Of a DNA stretch of 64,000 nucleotides, positions 37,269 through 50,507 are shown one piece after another. How positions within the stretch are numbered: position 1 is the first letter of the stretch; each line of letters begins with the position of its first letter. Origin of the DNA: Heterodontus francisci (taxonomy: Eukaryota); assembly GCF_036365525.1 (NCBI RefSeq), contig NW_027140825.1:1178001-1242000 (forward strand). Reading direction: 5' to 3'. The translations under genes were made by a program, and so were the position numbers. Under the pieces are notes generated by a model. It did not search any database and was not told the DNA's origin. It saw only the letters and a list, made by a program, of their open reading frames with translations.

Positions 37269-38016
37269 CCAAAGGCAGCAGGAAGAATCTGTGGAGGATA
37301 AAACTGCTCGGAGCCTCGAACTTGTTTCGTTTTGCAGAGCGAAAGTGTTTATGATAACACGAAGAGATGGGTTAGAGTGGGAGTGAGAGATTAGATATAC
37401 AGATAGTGGAGAATGTGTAAAGAACAATTAACAAGGATAACACCAGATCTGAGGTTGTAACTATCAGGAAGAATTAACTATAAAACGACTTGAGTTTTAC
37501 TGCACTGACACTGAGTTTTCTTCCTCTATATGATTAACAGAGGGTGCTCTCGGACCATGAATATGCAATGGTCTGTAAAACATTTAATAGGAAAACAGAA
37601 AGAGGCAGAGGTCATACAACCCTCAAGCTTCATACACATGGACAGGAGAAGGACATTCATCACATTAGAGAGGGATATACACACACACAGTGAGAGAGAC
37701 AAAGAGAGGGAGACCGAATGTGTGAGAGAGGGAGAGAACAAGATTGAGAGGAAAACTGACAGAGACAGAGAGACAGAGACAGAGAGAGAAAAGAGAGAAG
37801 AGGACAGAGAGGAGGACAGAAAGGAGGACAGAGGGTGACATAGAGGAGGTCAGAGAGGGTGGCAGAGAGGAGGAGGGAGACGAGGATCAAGAAAGGTCGA
37901 GAGAGCGACAGAGAAAACAAGAAAGACCGAGAGACCGAGTGAGAGAAAAAAAAGGAAACATGGATCAAGAGACTGAGACAGATTGGGAGAAAGACAGACA
38001 GACAGACAGACAGACA

Positions 38017-38056
<40 letters not shown>

Positions 38057-38792
38057 GAGAGGGACAGAAAGACAGAGAGCAGTAAAACAGACAGGGACAG
38101 TGAACTAAAGACAGAGCGAGTGAAAAACACACACACACACACATGCACAGCTTTGTATCCGTGCCCATTCATCTTCCAGCTCATTGAATCAGAATATCCC
38201 GTGATCTCAGGATAGTAACTGTCAGGAAAGAATAACAATAAAAGGACTGGGGCTGTTATAGACTGACACTGTGTATATGTTCACCACAGGGACAGCTGAG
38301 GACGCTCGAGGACCATGTGATGCACAATGGCATTGAGAAGGAGTTCATAGGAAAACTGAAACAGTGAGAGATCATACAGTCCTCCAGGTTGATATGCATG
38401 ACCAGGAGAAGGACACCCACCTCCTTCGAGAGAGAGACACACAGCGAGAGAGACAAAGAGAGAAAGGGACCTTGTGTGTTTGTATCTGTGAGAGAGAGAT
38501 CGAGATAAAGAGACTGAGACATACAGGGAGGCAGAGAATGAGAGACAGAGACAGAGAGAAAAACACAGCACAAGTTAGAGAAAGGGAGAGAGAGAGAGAG
38601 AAAGTGGAACATTGACAACCAACTCGATTCTCATTTGTTGATCTTGAAAATAAGTGTCACCATCTCTGCATCACTTCCTAATGCTCTCCCCGTTCCTCCC
38701 AATGATTTGTAAAGAGTGGGTTGGTTCTTGACAACACTCATGAATCCTGCTTTCTCCCCTTTGCTGATTCAGAGGGCAGCTTAAAGTAAAAG

Positions 38793-39273
38793 ATGTATCT
38801 GTTACTGACTCTGATCACCCTGTTTCACCGTAAGGGATTTTATTGAAACAATAAGTCCACTTAACATTTCTTTTGGTTATGCTTTTATTTATTTATCTCT
38901 CTCTTTCTCTCTCCCCACTGGACTGAATGTTACTGTTTACTGATCTCCTCCTCTCCCTGTCTCTTTCCCAGATGTGAACTCACAGACTATCCGCCAGACT
39001 CCCACCACTGTCTCCAAAATTCCTGGGGAGCAGGTGAAGCTGAAATGCACCGTGCTGGGCAGCAGCACCAGTAACCCTAACATGTTCTGGTACTGACAAT
39101 ACCCGGGGAAGGAACCGCAGTTTATGTTTTACTCCACGGGTGCCAATATCGTATCTCCAGAGGAGGCGGTGGATGGTTTCACCACCGAGAGACCGAGTAA
39201 CTCCGAGTTCAACCTGGAGACCTCCAGCCTGCGGGAGGATCACTCGGCCGTGTATTTCTGTGCCTGGATTCTT
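38793..39273 (+). pseudogene. TRBV: TRBV pseudogene, family A (leader 38793-38829, V exon 38972-39273)
   Basis: Single in-frame TGA at 39094-39096 in WY*Q; ends YFCAWIL. Confidence 0.9.
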
Positions 39274-39312
39274 CACAGTGACTCAGAGAGATGGAGCAGT
39301 TCAACAAAAACC
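39274..39312 (+). other. 23-RSS, perfect consensus
   Basis: CACAGTG-23-ACAAAAACC. Confidence 0.95.
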
Positions 39313-39839
39313 CCAAAGGCAGCAGGAAACACCTGTGGGAGATAAAATTGCACGGTGTTCCCGCTTTTTTTTTGTGCAGGGCGATTGTGTTTGTGACGAT
39401 AAGAAGACAAATGAGACTAAAAGTGAGATAATAAATGTACAGGCACTGACGAAGTGACAATGAACGGACTCACCTGTGCGGTAAAACTTTCTATCTCTCT
39501 CTGAATGATTAACAAGGATAACACCAGATCTGAGGTTGTAACGATCAGGAAAGATTAACAATAAAACGACTTGAGTTTTTCTGCACTGACATTGAGTTTT
39601 CCTCCTCTATAGGGTTAACAGAGGGTGCTCTAGGACCATGAATACACAATGGACGAGAAAGCATTTAATAGGAAAGCAGAAAGAGGCAGAGGTCATACAG
39701 TGGTCGAGCTTCATCCACGTGGACAGGAGAAAGACATTCATCACCTTAGAGACGGATATACACACAGATAGCGGGAGAGACAAAGATAGAGAGAGAGCGA
39801 GTGTGAGAGAAAGGGTGAGAACGAGATTGAGAGGAAAAC

Positions 39840-41743
39840 TGACAGAGATAAAGAGACTGAGACAGAGAGACTGAGAGTGAGAGAGACTGAGAGATAGAGA
39901 CTCAGAGGGAGAGAGTGTCTGACAGAGAGAGAGACAGAGAGAGAGAGAGAGACTGAGACAGAGAGACAGAGAGAGAGACTGAGAGTGAGAGACTGAGACA
40001 GAGAGAGACTGAAACAGAGAGACCGAGAGAGAGAGACTGAGAGCGAGAGAGACTGAGAGATAGAGACTGAGAGGGAGTGAGAGTCTGACTGAGAGACAGA
40101 GAGAGACAGAGAGAGAGAGAGACTGAGAGTGAGAGACTGACACAAAGAGACTGAGAGAGAGAGAGGCTGAGAGAGAGAGACTGAGACTGAGACAGAGAGA
40201 GACTGAGACAGAGAGACTGAGAGAGAGAGACTGAGACAGAGAGAGACTGAGACAGAGACTGAGAGAGAGAGACTGAGAGAGAGAGAGACTGAGAGGGAGA
40301 GAGTGTCTGACAGAGAGAGAGACAGAGAGAGAGACTGAGACTGAGACAGAGAGACTGAGACAAAGAGACTGAGAGTGAGAGACTGAGACAGAGAGAGACT
40401 GAAACAGAGAGACCGAGAGAGAGAGACTGAGAGCGAGAGAGACTGAGAGATAGAGACTGAGAGGGAGTGAGAGTCTGACTGAGAGACAGAGAGAGACAGA
40501 GAGAGAGAGAGACTGAGAGTGAGAGACTGACACAAAGAGACTGAGAGAGAGAGAGGCTGAGAGAGAGAGACTGAGACTGAGACAGAGAGAGACTGAGACA
40601 GAGAGACTGAGAGAGAGAGACTGAGACAGAGAGAGACTGAGACAGAGAGACTGAGAGAGAGAGACTGAGAGAGAGAGAGACTGAGAGAGAGAGGCTGAGA
40701 GAGAGAGAGACTGAGACAAAGAGCATGACAAAGAGAATGAGACAAAGAGACTGAGAGAGAGATACTGAGAGAGAGAGACTGAGACAAAGAGACTGAGAAA
40801 AAGAAACTGTGCAAGAGAGCCTGGGACAAAGAGACTGAGACAGAGAGTCTGAGAGAAGGAGAATGGGAGACTGAAAGAGAGAGACTGAGACAGAGACTCT
40901 GAGAAAAGGAGAGAGGGAGACTGAAAGAGAGAGACTGAGACAGAGAGGCTGAGAGAGAGAGAGACTGAGACAAAGAGTCAGAGATGGAGAGGCTGACATA
41001 AAGAGATTGAGACAGAGAGATTGAGACGAAGAGACTGTGAGATAGAGACTGAGAGAGAGACTTGAGAGAGAGAGAGAGAGAGACTGAGACAAAGAGACTG
41101 AGAAAAAGAAACTGTGCAAGAGAGCCTGGGACAAAGAGACTGAGACAGAGAGTCTGAGAGAAGGAGAATGGGAGACTGAAAGAGAGAGACTGAGACAGAG
41201 ACTCTGAGAAAAGGAGAGAGGGAGACTGAAAGAGAGAGACTGAGTCAGAGAGACTGAGTGAGAGAGAGACTGAGACAAAGAGTCAGAGATGGAGAGTCTG
41301 ACACAAAGAGATTGAGACAGAGAGATTGAGACGAAGAGACTGTGAGAGAGAGACTGAGAGAGAGACTGAGAGAGAGACTTGAGAGAGAGAGAGAGAGACT
41401 GAGAGAGACTGAGACAAAGAGACTGAGAGAGAGATACTGAGAGAGAGAGAGGGAGACTGAGACAAAAAGACTGAGTCAAAGAGACTGTGAGAGAGAGACT
41501 ATGAGAGAGAGACTGAGACAGAGACTCTGAGACAGAGAGACTCAGACAAAGAGACTGAGACAGAGAGTCTGAGAGAGGGAGAGTCTGCGAGAGGGAGACT
41601 GAGAGAGAGATAATGAGAGAGAGAGAGAGACTGAGAGAGAGACTGAGACAAAGAGACTGAGACAGAGAGACTGAGAAAGAGAGAGACTGAAACAAAGAGT
41701 CAGAGACAGAGAGGTTGACACAAAGAGATTGAGAGAGAGAGAT
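39840..41743. repeat. (GA)n/(GAGACT)n compound microsatellite running into the assembly gap
   Basis: Directly visible. Confidence 0.95.
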
Positions 41744-41919
41744 NNNNNNNNNNNNNNNNNNNNNNNNNNNNNNNNNNNNNNNNNNNNNNNNNNNNNNNNN
41801 NNNNNNNNNNNNNNNNNNNNNNNNNNNNNNNNNNNNNNNNNNNNNNNNNNNNNNNNNNNNNNNNNNNNNNNNNNNNNNNNNNNNNNNNNNNNNNNNNNNN
41901 NNNNNNNNNNNNNNNNNNN
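41744..41919. other. Assembly gap (N run)
   Basis: Ns. Confidence 1.
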
Positions 41920-42089
41920 CTCGATTCTCATTTGTTGATGTGGGAAATGAATGTCACCATCTCTGCATCACTTCCTAATGCTCTCCCTGTTCCTCCCAAT
42001 GATTTGTAAAGAGTGGGTTGGTTGTTGACAACACTAATCACTCCTGCTCCCTCCCCTTTACTGATTCAGAGGGCAATTTCAAGTAAAAG

Positions 42090-42571
42090 ATGTATCTGTT
42101 ACTGACTCTGATCACTCTGATTCACCGTAAGGGACTTTATTGAAACAATAATTCTACTTCACATTTCTGGAGGTTATGTTTTTATTTATTTCTCTCTCTC
42201 TTTCTCTCTTTCTCTCTCCCCCACTGACTGAATGTTCCTGTTTATTGATCTCCTCCTCTCCCTGTCTCTTTCCCAGATGTGAACTCACAGACTATCCACC
42301 AGACTCCCGCCGCTGTCTCCAAATATTCTGGGGAGAAGGTGAAGCTGAAATGCACTGTGCAGGGCAGCAGTAACCCTGAGATGTTCTGGTACAGACAATA
42401 CCCGGGGAAGGAGACTAGTTTATGTTTTATTCCACGGATACTAATCACATAAATCCGGAGGAGGCGTTGGAGGGTTTCACCGCCGAGAGACCGAGCAACT
42501 CCGACTTCAACCTGGAGTCCTCCAGCCTCCGGGAGGATCACTGGGCCATGTATTTCTGTGCCTGGAGTCTT
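42090..42571 (+). pseudogene. TRBV: TRBV pseudogene, family A (leader 42090-42126, V exon 42277-42571)
   Basis: 1-nt deletion near 42415 after WYRQYPGKE; ends MYFCAWSL. Confidence 0.9.
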
Positions 42572-42610
42572 CACAGTGACTCAGAGAGATGGAGCAGTTC
42601 ATCAACAACA
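42572..42610 (+). other. 23-RSS, degenerate nonamer
   Basis: CACAGTG-23-TCAACAACA. Confidence 0.75.
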
Positions 42611-42787
42611 CCAAAGGCAGCAGGAAACACCTGTGGAGGATAAAACTGCTCGGAGCCTCTAACTTCTTTCGTTTTGCAGAGAGAAAGTGTTTATGATAAC
42701 AAGAAGAGATGGGTTTGAGTGGTAGTGAGAGATTAGATATACAGGTAATGGAGAATGCGCAAAGAACAATTAACAAGAATAACACCA

Positions 42788-45661
42788 AAGAACAAAAAGA
42801 ACAAAGATAATTACAGCACAGGAACAGGCCCTTCGGCCCTCCAAGCCTGCGCCGATCCAGATCCTCTCTCTAAACATGTCGCCTATTTTCTAAGGTTCTG
42901 TATCTCTTTTCTTCCTGCCCATTCATGTATCTGTCTAGATACATCTTAAAAGACTCCATCGTGCCCGCATCTACCACCTCCGCTGGCAATGCGTTCCAGG
43001 TGCCCACCACCCTCTGCGTAAAGAACTTTCCACGCATATCCCCCCTAAACTTTTCCCCTTTCACTTTGAACTCGTGTCCTCTAGTAATTGAAACCCCCAC
43101 TCTGGGAAAAAGCCTCTTGCTATCCACCCTGTCTATACCTCTCATGATTTTGTACACCTCAATCAGGTCCCCCCTCAACCTCCGTCTTTCTAATGAAAAT
43201 AATCCTAATCTGCTCAACCTCTCTTCATAGCTAGCGCCCTCCATACCAGGCAACATCCTGGTGAACCTCCTCTGCACCCTTTCCAAAGCATCCACATCCT
43301 TTTGATAATGTGGCGACCAGAACTGTACGCAGTATTCCAAATGTGGCCGAACCAAAGTCCTAGACAACTGTAACATGACCTGCCAACTCTTGTACTCAAT
43401 GCCCCGTCCGATGAAGGAAAGCATGCCGTATGCCTTCTTGACCACTCTATTTACCTGCGTTGCCACCTTCAGGGAACAGTGGACCTGAACACCCAAATCT
43501 CTCTGGACATCAATTTTCCCCAGGACTTTTCCATTTACTGTATAGTTCACTCTTGAATTGGATCTTCCAAAATGCATCACCTCGCATTTGCCCTGATTGA
43601 ACTCCATCTGCCATTTCTCTGCCCAAGCCTCCAATCTATCTATATTCTGCTGTATTCTCTGACAGTCCCCTTCACTATCTGCTACTCCACCAATCTTAGT
43701 GTCGTCTGCAAATTTTCTAATCAGTCCACCTATACTTTCCTCCAAATCATTAATGTATATCACAAACAACAGTGGTCCCAGCACGGATCCCTGTGGAACA
43801 CCACTGGTCACACGTCTCCATTTTGAGAAACTCCCTTCTACTGCTACTCTCTGTCTCCTGTTGCCCAGCCAGTTCTTTATCCATCTAGCTAGTACACCTT
43901 GGACCCCAAGCGCCTTCACTTTCTCCATCAGCCTGCCATGGGGAACCTTATCAAACGCCTTACTGAAGTCCATGTATATGACATCGACAGCCCTTCCCTC
44001 ATCAATCAACTTTGTCACTTCCTCAAAGAATTCTATTAAGTTGGTAAGACATGACCTTCCCTGCACAAAACCATGTTGCCTATCACTGATGAGCCCATTT
44101 TCTTCCAAATGGGAATAGATCCTATCCCTCAGTATCTTCTCCAGCAGCTTCCCTACCACTGACGTCAGGCTCACCGGTCTATAATTACCTGGATTATCCC
44201 TGCTACCCTTCTTAAACAAGGGGACAACATTAGCAATTCTCCAGTCCTCCGGGACCTCACCCGTGTTTAAGGATGCTGCAAAGATATCTGTTAAGGCCCC
44301 AGCTATTTCCTCTCTCGCTTCCCTCAGTAACCTGGGATAGATCCCATCCGGACCTGGGGACTTGTCCACCTTAATGCCCTTTAGAATACCCAACACTTCC
44401 TCCCTCCTTATGCCGACTTGACCTAGAGTAATCAAACATCTGTTCCTAACCTCAACATCCGTCATGTCCCTCTCCTCGGTGAATACCGATGCAAAGTACT
44501 CGTTTAGAATCTCACCCATTTTCTCTGAGTCCAAGCATAACATTCCTCCTTTGTCCTTTAGTGGGCCAATCCTTTCTCTAGTTACCCTCTTTCTCCTTAT
44601 ATATGAATAAAAGGCTTTGGGATTTTCCTTAACCCTGTTTGCTAAAGATATTTCATGACCCCTTTTAGCCCTCTTAATTCCTCGTTTCAGATTGGTCCTA
44701 CATTCCCGATATTCTTTCAAAGCTTCGTCTTTCATCAGCCGCCTAGACCTTATGTATGCTTCCTTTTCCCTCTTAGCTAGTCTCACAATTTCACCTGTCA
44801 TCCATGGTTCCCTAATCTTGCCATTTCTATCCCTCATTTTCACAGGAACATGTCTCTCCTGCACGCTAATCAACCTCTCTTTAAAAGCCTCCCACATATC
44901 ACATGTGGATTTACCTTCAAACAGCTGCTCCCAATCTACATTTCCCAGCTCCTGCCGAATTTTGGTGTAGTTGGCCTTCCCCCAATTTAGCACTCTCCCT
45001 TTTGGACCACTCTCGTCTTTGTCCATGAGTATTTTAAAGCTTACGGAATTGTGATCACTATTCCCAAAGTAGTCCCCTACTGAAACTTCAACCACCTGGC
45101 CGGGCTCATTCCCCAACACCAGGTCCAGTATGGCCCCTTCCCGAGTTGGACTATTTACATACTGCTCCAGAAAACCCTCCTGGATGCTCCTTACAAATTC
45201 TGCTCCATCTAGACCTCTAACACTAAGTGAATCCCAGTCAATGTTGGGAAAATTAAAATCTCCTATCACCACCACCCTGTTGCTCCTACATCTTTCCATA
45301 ATCTGTTTACATATTTGTACCTCTATCTCACGCTCGCTGTTGGGAGGCCTGTAGTACAGCCCCAACATTGTTACCGCACCCTTCCTATTTCTGAGTTCTG
45401 TCCATATTGCCTCACTGCTCGAGTCCTCCATAGTGCCCTCCTTCAGCACAGCTGTGATATCCTCTTTGACCAGTAATGCAACTCCTCCACCCCTTTTACC
45501 TCCCTCTCTATCCTGCCTGAAGCATCGATATCCTGGGATATTTAGTTGCCAATCATGCCCTTCCCTCAACCAGGTCTCAGTAATAGCAATAACATCATAC
45601 TCCCAGGTACTAATCCAAGCCCTAAGTTCATCTGCCTTACCTACTACACTTCTTGCATTAA
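42788..45661 (-). mobile_element. Young CR1 LINE, 5'-truncated at the start of ORF2, with uninterrupted EN+RT frame (42870-~45660)
   Basis: 899-aa ORF extends upstream in frame to FNARSVVGKADEL..ITETW; GDFN, SDH, VPQGSVLGP, KFADDTK; (ctttgtt)-type tail; possible ACCA target-site duplication at 42784-42787 and 45662-45665. Confidence 0.95.
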
Positions 45662-46355
45662 ACCAGATCTGAGGTTGTAACTATCAGGAAGAATTAACTA
45701 TAAAACGACTGAGTTTTACTGCACTGACACTGAGTTTTCTTCCTCTATATTGTTAACGGAGGGTGCTCCAGGACCATGAATACACAATGGCCTGCAAAAC
45801 ATTTAATAGGAAAACAGAAAGAGGCAGAGGTCATCCAGCCCTCCAGCTTCAGACACATGGACAGGAGAAGGACATTCATCACCTTAGAGAGGGATATACA
45901 CACACACAGTGAGAGAGACAAAGAGAGGGAGACCGAGTGTGAGAGAGGGTCAGAACGAGATTTAGAGGAAAACTGACAGAGACAACAGACTGAAAAAGAG
46001 AGACTGAGACAGAGAGACTGAGACAGAGAGACTGAGACAGAGAGGGGAACAGAGAGACTGAGACAGAGAGACTGAGAGAAAAAGTCTGAGAGAAAGAGAG
46101 AATGATACTGAGAGAATGAGACCAAGAAACTGAAACAGAGAAGAGGACAGAGAGGGAGACAGAGACGGTGACAGAGAGGAGGACAGAGAAAGGGACCAAG
46201 AAAGGTTGAGAGAGAGTGAGAGCGATAGAAAGAGAGAACAAAGATCCAGAGAACTGAGAGAGAAAACAAGAAAGACCGAGCGACAGAGACTGAGAAAAAA
46301 AAAAGAAAACACAGATGAAGAGACTGAGACATATTGGCAGACAGACAGACAGACA

Positions 46356-46389
<34 letters not shown>

Positions 46390-46932
46390 GAAAGAGAGAG
46401 GGACAGAAAGACAAAGAGCAGTAAAACAGAGAGGGGCAGTGAACTAAAGACAGAGCGAGTGAAAAACACACACACACACATGCACAGCTTTGTATTCGTG
46501 CCCATTCATCTTCCAGCTCATTGAATTAGAATATCCGTGATCTCAGGATAGTAACTGTCAGCGAAGAATAACAATGAAAGGAGTGGGGCAGTTATAGACT
46601 GACACTGCGTATATTTTCACTATGGGGACAGCTGAGGACGCTCGAGGACCATGTGATGCACAATGGCTTTGAGAAAGAGTTAATAGGAAAACTGAAATAG
46701 TGGGAGATCATACAGTCCTCCAGGTTGATATACATGACCAAGAGAAGGACACCCACCTCCTTAGAGAGAAAGAGAGATAGAGGGAGAGACAAAGAGAGAG
46801 ACTGAGAGAGAGAGAGAGACCTAGTGTGTGTGCGAGAGAGAGAGACTGAGATAAAGAGACTGAAACCTATAGGGAGGTAGAGAATGTGAGACAGAGACAG
46901 AGCGAAAGAAAAAAACAGCGCAGGTAAGAGAC

Positions 46933-46968
<36 letters not shown>

Positions 46969-47135
46969 TGGGACATTGGCAACCAACTCGATTCTCATTT
47001 GTTGATGAGTTGATCACTTCCTAATGCTCTCCCTGTTCCTCCCAATGATTTGTAAAGAGTGGGTTGGTTATTAACAACACTCATCACGCCTGCTCTCTCC
47101 CCTTTGCAGATTCAGAGGGCAGCTTAAAGGAAAAG

Positions 47136-47657
47136 ATGTATCTGTTACTGACTCTGATCACCCTGTTTCACCGTAAGGAATTTTATTGAAACAATAATTC
47201 CGCTAAACATTTCTTTAGGATATGTTTTTATTTATTTCGTTCTCTCCTTCTCTCTCTTTCTCTCTCCCTACTGGACTGATTTTCTCTCTCTCTCCTCTTT
47301 CTCCCCACTGGACTGAAGTTGTCTGTTTACTGATCTCCTCCTCTCCCTGTCTCTTTCCGAGATGTGAACTCACAGACTATAAACCAGACTCCCGCCACTG
47401 TTGCCAACTTTTCTGGGGAGCAGGTGAAGCTGAAATGCACCGTGGATGGTACCAGTAACCCTTACATGTACTGGTACAGACAATACTCGGGGAAGGAGCC
47501 GCAGCTGATGTTTTACTCCCTAACTGCACAAAGGGTGAACTCAGAACGTTAGGTGGAGAGTTTCACTGCTGAGAGACCGAGTAACTCCAAGTTCAACCTG
47601 GAGTCCTCCAGCCTGTAGGAGAATCACTCGGTCTTGTATGTCTGTGCCTGGAGTCTT
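47136..47657 (+). pseudogene. TRBV: TRBV pseudogene, family A (leader 47136-47172, V exon 47362-47657)
   Basis: Two in-frame TAG (47550 and ~47616), GAG acceptor; ends YVCAWSL. Confidence 0.9.
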
Positions 47658-47696
47658 CACAGTGACTCAGAGAGATGGAGCAGTTCAACAAAAACC
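47658..47696 (+). other. 23-RSS, perfect consensus
   Basis: CACAGTG-23-ACAAAAACC. Confidence 0.95.
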
Positions 47697-48776
47697 CCAA
47701 AGGCAGCAGGAAGCACCTGTGGAGGATAATATCGTTCGGTGCCTCGACCTCCTGTTCCCTTATGCAGAGTGAAAGTGTTTGTTACAATAAAAAGAGTTGA
47801 GTTATGGTTGTAGTGACACACTAGATTTACAGGTACTGCCGAGGGTGCAATGAACGATTAATAAAGATGTCACGAGATCTCAGAATGTAACTATCAGGAA
47901 TCAATGACAATAATCTGGGTTTTTATGCACTGACCCTGTGTTTACCTTCTCCACAGGGACAGCAGAGGGGGATCCAGGACCATGGAACGGACAATGGCTT
48001 TGAGAAGGATTCAGTGAGAAAACTGAAAGAGCAGGAGATCCATGTAGATCCAGCTTGATACACATCAACAGGACAAGGACACCTACTTCGATAGAGAGAG
48101 AAAGAGCGTGTGACAGAGAGATCTGGTGAGAGAGAGAGAAAACGACAGATAGAGTTAAAGAGACTGAGATAGAGAGGGAGACAGAAATCGAGGCAAAGAC
48201 AGCGAGACAGCAAGAGAGAGAGAGAGAGTGCGACACTGAGAGAGAGAAGGAGAGAAAGAGAGACTGAGACAAAGAGCCTGCGACATCTAGGGAGATAGAT
48301 CTAGAGAGAGACAGAGACAGGGAAAGAACTAAAGAGAAAGCAAGAGTAAGAGAAAGGGAGAGTCAGAAAGAAGGAGAGAGTGGGAGACAGAACCCTGGAT
48401 ACACGATGAGAGAGAGAGAAAGACAGAGAGAGAAAGAGAGTAAAAATAGACTGAGATAGCGAGAGAGAGTAGGAGAGAGTGGAAGACAGAACCCTTGACA
48501 CATGAGGTGACAGACACAGGAAGAGAGAGCAAAAGAGCTGAAGGTAAAAAGATATACGTATATATATATATATATATGGAGAGAGAGAAGGAGATTGGCA
48601 ACGAATTCGATTGTTATTTGTTGACCTGGGGAATGGGCGTCTCCAACATTGTATCACTTCCTGACGTTCTTCATGTTGCTCCCAATGATTTGTAAAGAGT
48701 GAATTTGGACCCTCACAAGACTCGAAGCTCCTGATCTCACTCCTGTGTCTATTAAGGGAACAGGTCGATGTGAAAG

Positions 48777-48923
48777 ATGCATCAGTTACTGGTTCTGATA
48801 ATCCTGTTTCATTGTAAGTGAGTGTGAAATACAAAGATTATCGTTAATAACTTTCCTTTACTCTCCCTGTCTCCCTTTCATTCCCAGAAGTTCCCTGTTT
48901 ACTGATCTCCTCCTCTCTCCATC
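48777..48923 (+). pseudogene. TRBV: Orphan TRBV family-A leader exon and intron; V exon deleted
   Basis: MHQLLVLIILFH|gtaagt, near-identical to 36778 onward; similarity ends ~48923, just before the acceptor. Confidence 0.8.
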
Positions 48924-50507
48924 AGAGTCTGGAACACACTTTAACAGTGACCTGGGAACACAAGGAGAACATTCATCACCTCGAAAACACTCCGCCCTTC
49001 AATGAGTTCATGACTTATCAATAACTTTCTGTCGCTCCCTCTCTCCATCCCTCTGTCTCCATTCCTCTCTAACCATCCCTCTGTCTCCATCCCTCTCTCT
49101 CCATCCCACTCTCTCCATCTCTCTCGCTCCCTCTCTCTATTCCCCACTCTACCACTGGCTGCAAAGCTGGCGTAAAATGGTAGAATGCGAATTAACATTC
49201 CTGTCTTTTACAGGAGCAGTGACTGTCTCTCCATGCAGCTCGCTATTTCTCTACCTGTCTGACTTTCCCTCCAACTCTCTATTTCTCTACCTCTCTCGAT
49301 ATCAATCTATCTCTCTCCCTGGTGATCTATCTCTCTGTCTCTCTATCTATCCAACTCTATCTTTGGGTGATTACACTTTGTATGAACTAATTAAACATGC
49401 TGCACCAATATAATGAATGACCATCTTTTCCGGGATTTTCTATACATTGACCAGTAGATGATGTGGTTTGTCATCAATTATCTATCAAAATCTTTTATCA
49501 TCTTCAATATCTGTATCACATCTACCATTAACCTTCTCTGCTCTCAGGAGAGAAACCCCCAGCTTCTCCAGTCTCTCCACAGTAATTGAGCTCCCTCATC
49601 CCTGGTACCAGTCTTGTTAATCTCCCTCTAACCTTCACTACACAGAGGCGAACAACCCCCCAATGAACAGGAACTAACTCAGCTCGGAACCCTTAACCAT
49701 CTGACCGCTGTTTCACACTGTTGAAAGGCGAGATCCCTCTCCAGATAACTTCATCTCTGGGACACCTGCCTCCTGACAGCGAGTTCAGAAGAGCACAAGT
49801 GTCCTTCTTGAATAATGGTACAACATTCGCTATCCTCCAGTCCTCTGAGACCACTCCTGTGGCCAGAGGGGAATTGAAAATTTGTGTCAGAGGCCCTGAA
49901 ATCTCCTCCCTTGCCTCACATAACAGCCTGGGATATGTCTCATCCGGGCTGCGGTCTTATCCACTTTTAAGACTGCTAAAACAGCTAATACTCCTCCCTT
50001 TAAAAGCTAATATGTTCAAGTATATCACAACCCCCCTCCCTGATATCTACACCTACATCATCCTTCTCCATAGTGAACATAGTGAAATATGCCGTTCTTA
50101 CACGGTCTGGCCTATATGTGCCTCCAGACCAACAGCAATGTTGTTGACTATTAACTGCCCAGCAGGCATTCCCGAAGATGGTTCACCACCACCAACTCAA
50201 GGGCAATAAGGGATGGGCACACTCTCCGGGTACAGAGGGTTGTTTCCCTGAATTCTACTCTATCAAATCCCTTTCTGAAATGTGAACACCTCTATTCAAT
50301 CTCCCCCTATCCCCTTGTGTTGTATCATTCTACAACATTGCTATGTAAATTAATGGGGTGGAGCAGAGTGTCGCAGTAAGTGACTGCCAATCACAATGAC
50401 AACCGGATGCTGGGTATTTAATTGGATACAATATAGAAACTGCCTGCAAGTGTGTTGTTGAAAACTCCACACGTTCACACATCGAGTTAGTATCGAATGA
50501 AGAAATC

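Noticed and set aside
39607-41695. Long Ser/Leu-rich ORFs (374-597 aa)
   Set aside because: Translations of the GA/GAGACT microsatellite, open in several frames; not genes. The same applies to similar ORFs at 10.7-11.5, 16.8-17.5, 30-31.8, 37.6-38.6 and 45.7-47 kb
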